Below are positions 55,645-64,000 of a DNA stretch of 64,000 nt, in pieces (the stretch's first letter is position 1; each line of letters opens with the position of its first letter). The stretch lies in NCBI RefSeq assembly GCF_009914755.1, contig NC_060933.1; one strand, written 5' to 3'. A program made the position numbers and the translations under genes. The notes under the pieces were generated by a model, which was given only the letters and a program-made list of their open reading frames with translations, was not told the DNA's origin and did no database searches. This DNA is from the human T2T-CHM13v2.0 reference genome, Homo sapiens.

Positions 55645-58139
55645 TCTGCCATCCATCCTGAGGGACCATGATGGTCCCTGGCTCTACATACATAGGGTGC
55701 ACCCACTAAATGCAGTCCCGGTGCTGGGGCTTGGAGATGAGACAGACACAGTCCTGCTCCTGAGGGGCCCGCAGTCTAGTGGTACAGACAGTCAACAGGC
55801 CTTCACGGTACAGTGTGAGCAGCGCGTGACAAAGTGGCTCGAGGGCCACATGGGTACAGAGAAGGGGCAATGGTCCTGACTGGCGTGGGGGGGTGCTTCC
55901 TGGAGAAAGTGGCATCTCTGATGAGACGGGAGGGTGAGCGAGAGTCAGCCGGCGGGGGGGAAGGGAAAATGGAACATTCCAGAATATGGGACGGCTCAAG
56001 TCAGTGCTCAGGAGAGCAAGTCCCGCCCGGGAGGAGGTGAGTCGCAGTGGCCACAGCAGGTGCTGGGGGACAGGGTGGGGCTCACAAGGACACGCAAGGG
56101 GTGGCTGCGGGCAGATTCTAGAACGGTTCCTAATCCATGAGGGAAGCTGCAGGAACATGCAGGTTAAGTGTGTCTCCGGTATGAAAGAGGGATTCATGGA
56201 AAAGAAAGCAGGGGACCAGAATAGCTGAAACCTAGCCCAAAGAGACGAGAAACACCTGGCCACAAGACCCAGTGACAGGTAAGGGATCCAAAGAGAGCAC
56301 AGTGTGACTGCCCACGGGACAGGGAGCGGTGGGAGAACCTTCAGGCACCAGGAAAGACACATTTCATTAGGGAAAGCCATCCAACCAGATTTCTATTTCG
56401 GAAGTTATTCGTCCAAGAGTTATCAAGTGTTCTGTGCCCTTTAAATGTGTTATCTCATTGAATTCTTCAACCACCTTGGGCAGAGGTGGTGAACAAGAGA
56501 GACTCAAGTCCCAGCTTCCCAGGGGAGGGCACAGCTGTGTGACCTTGAGCAAGTTACTTAACCTCTCTGTGCCTCAGCCTCCTCACCTGAAAATGAGGAC
56601 AATAATATCTGCCTGTCTTATAAGGTTACCATGAAGAAGATCAAATTAAGAGACAAGTGAGAGCATGTGGCCACTCTCTGGCCCCTAGCAGATGCTCAGT
56701 AAGTATGAGCTACTGTTGGTTCTGTTGCACACATGACAAGTCTTGTTGGGAAACCTGACAATGTCACACAGTCGCAGCCAACTCATGGCCAAGTCAGACC
56801 TGGGTTCTGCCCACCTCTGGAACTCTGAACTCTTTAATTTGCTGCTTCTCTCTGGGACCCTATCTGGGACCACTGCTTGGGAACAAAAAGCGGTGGCTTT
56901 GCTCCTACTGGTTGCCAAATGATGTCAGGAAAGAGTCCAATAGACAGTGACTCTCCAGGGTTTCGTTCCAAGATGGCAGACTCTGCGGTTTGTCAGGGTG
57001 GTCTATCCCATGTGGGATGGTGCCAGGAGGGCACTGCTCTGTGGGATGGGCCCAGCTGCCTTAGTCCAGGACCAGCCCCAGTTTTCTCCTCAGACAGAAT
57101 GACCACATTAGTAAGGAGGGCCCTGGTGAGGCCCACAGGGCTCTGCAGGAAGCAAGCAGGAGACCCACATGCAGCCACTGGTTAGACAGATGTTCTGGAA
57201 ACAGCAGGCTCTGCGGACACTTGGGAACAGTAACCCAGCCCCCATGATCTGACCCATCCTGCCCCAGTGCTGTGCCAGCTCCAAGGCTTGAGCAGATCTG
57301 AGGGCACCTGGGTTCAAGGCCCACCCTGGTCCCTTGTCACAGGCAGCTTTGCATATTTGGGAGGAAACCACATGGTGGTTAATGCATGTTCAGGCTCCGG
57401 AGCCAGACTGCCAACTTGCTAGGTATGTGGCCCCGGCCAAGTTGCTTCACCTCTCTGTGCCTCAGTTTCTTCATCTAGAAAATGGGGAAACCAGTCACGC
57501 TCACTTCCTTGGGCTGCTGTGAGGGATGAATGGGTCCATTTGTGTAGAGTGCGTAGGGTCGTGGCTGGCAAAGGGAAGCACTAGGAAACAGTGGCTGTCG
57601 TTATCCTCACAGTGGCATCTCAGCCAAGCCAGCAGGTGCGACCTGGAAAGCAGGTGTGGCCTTCCTCAGGGGAGATGATGACTGTGGGCTGCTGTGCAGG
57701 CTGGGACCACCATGTGGACGTGAGCCAGGCTGGAGTTCCATCTACACGCTTTCGAGCCTGGAGTCTGTGCTAGGCCTTGTGCTGGGTCACTCCAGAAGCT
57801 CAGGAGTCACCGGGTGGTAAGAGAATGCTGAGAGGAAAGAACAAGGCCACCCAGGACGGGACACTGCTCCCCCTCCAGGACCAAGGCGCTCCTCCTCAGG
57901 GCAGCGAGTCTCTCCTCAAGAACTGCCCTAGGCCAAGGGAGCACCTCACCAGGGTCACAACCCTCCCTGGAGGCAGCTCTGTGGCTAGTGGCTGATGGCG
58001 GTGGGTAAAAGCCAGCCCCAGCCTCAATTCTGGACACCTCTGCAGGCCATCCCAGCTCCAGAGCTCCCTGTGGGACCTGCCGAGATCCGTGCTGAGAAGG
58101 CACGGCAGCCCTGCCCTGTGTCTCTCACTCCTTTGCCAG

Positions 58140-58960
58140 TGTTGACCCCAGGGCACTGCCGCCGCTGTAACAAATCACCACAGTCAGAGCCTAAGAGCAA
58201 CACAGATTTGTTATCTGACAGTTTGGGAGGTTGGAAGTATAAAGTGTGCCAAAAGGACCACACTTCTCCTAGAGGCTCCAGAGGAGAACCCGCTTCCTTG
58301 CCTCTTCCAGCTTCTAGGGGCCACCTGCATTCCTTGGTTCATGGCCCCATCCTCCATCTTCAAGGCTGGCAGCACGGCATCTTCCAATCAGTTGCTCTCT
58401 GCTTTTTGCATCACGTCTCCCTTTCTCTGACCTCCTGATTACATCTTGCAAGGACCCCCGTGATGACACGGGGCCCACCCAGACAATCCCCCACGTCAAG
58501 ACCATCACGTACTCACATCTGCAACATCCCTTTTGCTATATAAGGGTTCCACTCACAGGTTCCAGGGAGGAGGAGGTGGATACCTTCAGACTTGAGGATA
58601 CACTTATAATCCTTTTTCAGGCAAATCTTTGTCTCAGAGTCTATTCCCAGGAGCCCAGCCAAAGGCAGAGCTCCCCAGAAATACGACCAATGAGACTTGA
58701 AGGCTGGGGCGGGGTGGGGAGGCAGCCAGGGACAGAAGAGGGAAGATGCCATTCCAGGAGCAACAGCATGTGCTAAGCCCACACACAGGACAGCGTGCAG
58801 CCCCGAAGAGTCACCACACGGGTCCTGTATGGCCAGAGCGTGGCAGGAGAGTGGGGGAAATGGCTGAGATTCACCTCCCTGGTGAGGGTGCCATGAGCCA
58901 GGCTAAGAGGCTGGGCTATGAGCAGGACAGTGACAGGCTCCAAAGTGGACTGCAGGAAGA
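58140..58960. mobile_element. MLT1 LTR fragments (MLT1C/D-like plus an older MLT1)
   Basis: gctgtaacaaatcaccaca through ttgcctcttccagcttctagggg. Confidence 0.65.
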
Positions 58961-61900
58961 CTCCTGGAAACGGGAAGCAGCAGAGGGGTGACTTTGTAGA
59001 GATCCCCCATGAGAAGTGGTGGTCTTACGATGGTGGTGATGTAGGAGGAAGGTGGGGTTCAGATCAGGGACAGAACAGAGAGGCTGGCTGAGGACACAGT
59101 AGGCAGCTCCTGCCTTGATCCCCATTCCTGCCACGCCTGGCAGAGCCCCCACTCCATGCTGCACCTTAAGGCCTTGGAACAAGCCAGGCCCGGCCTGGGG
59201 TCTACACACCCAGGATCTAGCCCAGCTCCTTGGGTGACCTGCAGTCAGTCCCCCGCCCCACCCCACCCCGGGGCCCTTCCAGCTCCAGGACATGAAGATC
59301 CCAGCAGGGAGAGAGCCAAGAGAAGCTTGGGCATCTTTGCAGTCAAGCCCAGGAACACGCAGATGGCAGCCCATGTCTGCAGCAGCCCACTCTGAATACT
59401 AAGGATGAAAACAAACCTCCCCACCTCCCCGCCACCTCCCCATAAATTCTTTACATCAGAATAAAATGAGTCTTTATCACAGAACTGTAATAACAGTTCT
59501 ATCAAGCACAGGGTAATCTGCCTCTATCACTTGCTGAAAATTCAACCACCATTTGGCATGAATCGGAATTCATCTATGGGAAAGCAAATGACACTGTGAG
59601 AAGCAGCCGGGCCCAGTGAAAATAACACCACTACTGCTAATAATATTAATAGAATAATAACTCAGGCAATTGGTCACCAAATGTACTGTTTCCTATGTCC
59701 CAGGCACCGTACTCAGCCCTTTATATGCATTACCTCATTGAATCCTCACTCCTCCTCTATGGTTTTGTTGTTATCCCCACTTTCCAGATGAGGAAACTGA
59801 GGCTCAACTCTCACTGAGGGATGAAATGATGGGGCTAAGATTCACATACCCAGCCACTTGGCTTGCCTGCAGTGCCTGGGCATTTAACCAATGCACCACA
59901 CTGCCTCTCACCGGCCTGAGTTCAAGTCTTGGTTCTGCCCCTCACTCTTGGGCACCCTTGGGAAAAGCCCTGTTGCTTCTCGGATCTTCAGTTGCCCAGT
60001 CTATAAAAAGAATTGTGCAACCTGCCGGGGGCCAGCACTGCCTGTGGCCAAGCCAGCAGCCATCTCCCTTCCTGCCTTGCCACGGAGCCTCGACTAGGTC
60101 CAAGAGGCAGCCGGAGCAGCTCCAGGAGATGACACCAGCCTAGGTTATCCATTCCCTTATACCAGGAACTGGAATGCATGTAGGTAATTCTGGGCCAGTT
60201 TTGGCCAAGAGGCATGGTGGGGGATGTCTGCTAGGGGATTCTGGGTAAGATTCCCCACTCTGAAAAGACAGGAACACAGGAAGAGAAGGGCCTCCTGCTC
60301 CCTTCACCCACTCTGCTTTGGGCACGGTTGTGAGAGGCTGTGATGGCAGGTGCAGTGGCTGCCATCTTGCAGCTGTGAAGCAATGAGCCCAAGGCAAGAG
60401 CCAATAACAGGAAGGAGAGACTCACTCCCTAGCAAACCAGAGCTCGGGCTGCCCAGCCCTACACCTCTGAAGAGAACAGCGAACACCTGAATGTGTGTGC
60501 TCCTAAAATACAGGCTTTCTGTGATCCACAGCCAAAAGCACCCCTAACTGATAGCGCCATCCAGGGCTGTTGTGAGGATGAGGATGCGTGGGCTCCCAAC
60601 TTCCACCCTTGCTCCTGCCATCTACCCTCCATCCAGTAGCCTGGACAGTCCGGCTGGAACCTCATATGCACCTGGTCCCTCCTCTGCTCAAAGCTCTGCC
60701 ATGGCAGCCATCTCACTCAGAGGAAAGTCCCCAGACTCGGCCTGGTTGCCCATGCCTGCTGCCTCACTCCTCTGTAATCTCACAGGTCTTGCTGCTGCTC
60801 CTCAAGAGGCCCTGCTCACCTGCCTGAGGCCTCCAGCCACCTGGAGCACTCTGCCCAGATAGGACGGATCCGTGTATGATCATTTCCTTGTCAGCTTCAG
60901 ATCCTTTCTTTTGTCACCTTCTTAGTGAGGCCGTCCCTGCCCCTTCTCTAACACTGCCCCACGCACACACCACCCTCCCATGCCCTTTCCTTGCTTGGTT
61001 CTCCCTCATTTTACAATAGACTGTATATTATTTCTTTTCATGCCCGTTACGGTCCCCCCACAACACACTAGAGCGTCAGCCCTTGACAGTGGCTAAGGTG
61101 TTGTCTGTTCTTTGTCTGTTCACTGCTGTATCCCCAGTACACACAGCAGGCCCATTATAGGTACTTGGTACATATTTTGGGGGAAAATACCAGTACCTAG
61201 TCAGCATTTAGTAACTGACGGTTGTTGCTGGAATTCATTACTATGTCCAGGCACTGTGCTCTGTGCTTATAAGCCTTGATTATTAATCCTCGAAACAGCC
61301 TCACATGGCTGGCATGACCATCCTCCAATCATGGATGGGGAAGCTTAAGTGACTCATCCAAGGTTAAGTGGCTTGCCCAAGGTCACACAGTCACGAAGTT
61401 TCAAAAACAAGCTTCAAACCCAGTGCTGCTGAGCCCAAAGCCCCTGCTCCTTGTGTTCCAGGCTTGTAGCAGCCTGAGCCGAAGGGCAGGTCCCATCTTG
61501 TTTCTGTGGCTGCTGGAGACACATGAGCTTGGCGGAGTGGCTGCTTCTGCTGCAGCAGGGTCTAACTGCTCACTGCAGAGTAAGGGGCCGTGGGACAGGG
61601 ACACTGTAGTGGAATAAGACTTAGGAAGTTCTCAATAAAGCTCATGGGCAAATGACCGGGGAGGGGTGAAAGGGGCATCTGAGTTCTACAAATAGCTGTT
61701 CCTGCCCGCATCATTCCTCCGAGCAGATTCCAGATGCTGACCAAGATGACTGGTGCTGTGTGCAGGCAGGCTCTGCTGTCTCTCCTGGATGGAGCCACCA
61801 CTGTGGCTGTGCGAGGGCCGGACCCAAAGAGCCAGAGCCAGGGGACACTGAAGGGACCAGGCATAAGCCTGAGATATGAGCCTGACCTGTCCCAGCCACT

Positions 61901-63384
61901 CTCTAGCTGTATGACCTGGGATAATTCATGCAGGCTCTCCAGGCCTCCATTTTCATCTCTGGAAAATCGGAATAATGACACTATCTGTAAGTATTTTATA
62001 GGACTTGCCTGCCAGTCAAATGACTCTACAAAACCACAGTGAAATCTGAAAACTGCAGTGAAGAGATAAGCCCCTGGGAAGCTGTGCTTCTATCACTCTG
62101 GATACTGGTTCATTGCCACATTAACAACCCCATCTCCAATAAATATGGGTGATAGAAGTGTAAGTGTGGTATGTGGAAGCAATAGAAGCAGGAGACGCAG
62201 GCCGCCTTCTGAAAGCCCATCTGTGAGTTTCTGTTGGATGCTCTGCAAGGGCCCCAGGCTGAGCCATGACACCTTCACAGTCAGAACTCAAGAACAGGTG
62301 ATCAGTCCTGCAGCTCAGACTGGATCCTCTAGCCTGCAGGAGGCATGGAGAAGGGAAGGCGCCTGCCTCAGAGGAGGGTCTGGAAACATCATGCTTATTC
62401 CCTCCACCCCAAAGACCCCATGGCAACACACTCGCCCTCCCATCCTGATGCAGCCTCCTCCCCTGGGTCTTCCTTCCTTCTCTCCTGCCACCCCTGGCCC
62501 TGTAAGCTGACTCAACCCATCCTCCATTTCAAGCCATTTCAAAGAAATGAGTTCACCCCACTCAACTCAGGAACAATCTCATCCTGAATATGCACACAGG
62601 AGGGAGTACTGGAACCTTCCCCCAAGGTTCATTTTCCACCTTTGAAGTTCACCTTAACTAAAACAAGAAACATCATTACTGGCTCCAGAAGTTCTTTGTG
62701 TTTTTACTTAGCCACCCTCACCCCTCTTGAAAACGAGCTTTGCACACCTTCTTTTTCATGGTCTTGCTAAAGGTCTTTGCATACCTAGAATTGATTTTGC
62801 CTTCTTCCCTCGCCAGCTAAGAGAATGCCCAGCAAGTCTCTGTTGTCTACAGAAAAAAAGTGTCCCCCACCCACACACATTCCCAGCCCAGCATCTCAGC
62901 CTGCAGGAGCTAACTCCATTCTACTTCTCCAACCTTGTTTCACAGCCAAAGGAATCGCTTAGGAGCTGTCTTGCTCTCTCTAACCTCTGGATACTGTCAT
63001 GCTGTACCCTCTGTCTGGGTCACCCTTCCCTTCCACTGCCACATGTCCAAACCTAAAATGCTGCCTCCTCCAGGAAGCCTTCCCCAATTTCTCTAGTGGG
63101 CAGGACCTCCCTTCTCTGCACACTACAGCACTCTCCCTGTCCCTTTCAGAGGACATGTATCACATTTATACCTCATAGAATGTGCCAGAACAAGTCCTGT
63201 GCCACAAACTTGCCTCCTCACACTGGGGAGGTGAAATAGGGGAATGGTTAGGATCAAGAGCTTAATAAGACGCAGAATTGACCTTGACCCTGGACACCGC
63301 CACGTCCCTGCTGTGACCTTCAGCACTGTCATCATGTTGCTAAGGCATCACATAAAGGCCCAAAGTGAAGACAGATCAGGAAAA

Positions 63385-63615
63385 AACTCATACTACCTCA
63401 CACCCACGAGGACAGCTACTCTCAAAACAACAGAATAACAGGTGCTGGCCAGGATGTGGAGGAAGAGGAACCCTGGTGCACTGTTGGTGGGAATGTAACA
63501 TGGTGCAGACACTAGGGAAAACTGTATGGTGGTTCCTCCAAAAATTAAAAATACAACCACCATATGCTCCAGCAAGCCCACTTTGGGGTATGTATCCAAA
63601 AAAATTAAAAGTAAG
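63385..63615 (+). mobile_element. L1M fragment
   Basis: cactgttggtgggaatgtaacatggtgcag...ggttcctccaaaaattaaaa. Confidence 0.78.
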
Positions 63616-64000
63616 CAGAACCAAGGTTTGAACCCAGGCAGCCTGGGACCCAAGGTCTTACCATCCCTGCCACACTGATGCTATCCCACTTAGCCGCCCC
63701 CCATGACAAATTGATTCTAGTTTATGAGAGCTATAGAGGCTGCGGGTTAGAACAACATGGGAAGCCATACAGTGAGCACTCTGCACCCTGCCCCGTTCAC
63801 TTCTGAGGATTTGACAGTGATTTAAGAGCAGCCACGTCTGACTCCCTAAGCACTACATCTGTTCTTCCCTCTGTACTTTGTCTTCAGCCTCACGGGACAG
63901 GTCTCATACCATGGCACAGAGAAGGACACTCCTGAAAAGGGCTATAAAACTATAACCAGCTCCAGGGGATGGCATAAGGATTTTCAGGGGTAACTTGGCT

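Noticed and set aside
55706-56380. 224-aa minus-strand ORF
   Set aside because: It overlaps L2-like sequence, has no recognisable domain and has no convincing exon boundaries.

Overview
Human (Alu/MIR/L2/MaLR-rich) genomic DNA lying entirely within the whirlin gene WHRN (DFNB31/USH2D), transcribed on the minus strand. Five canonical coding exons with GT-AG boundaries are present: 54705-54830, 14640-14842, 13413-13449, 12759-12971 and 11739-11948. By recalled numbering these are exons 3-7; they encode PDZ2, a linker and the second harmonin-homology domain. There is also a likely internal promoter and alternative first exon for a C-terminal short isoform (ATG at 13562). The main find is in the intron after exon 7. 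A phase-0, 33-nt microexon (8461-8493, ERLLWLIDLME) has been locally duplicated with its splice sites to give a second intact microexon (6600-6632, ERLLWFIDLME). The copy carries a 31-bp tandem duplication that adds a frameshifting alternative acceptor, and RBFOX motifs lie on opposite sides of the two copies. Other notable items are an exon 4-7 block of 663 nt (stop-free if circularised) flanked by inverted Alus, two further short local duplications, a 19-bp minisatellite upstream of exon 3, and several enhancer/CTCF candidates. Most ORFs in the supplied track are spurious. Exon numbering, isoform knowledge and repeat subfamily calls are from memory and by-eye reading, not searches.
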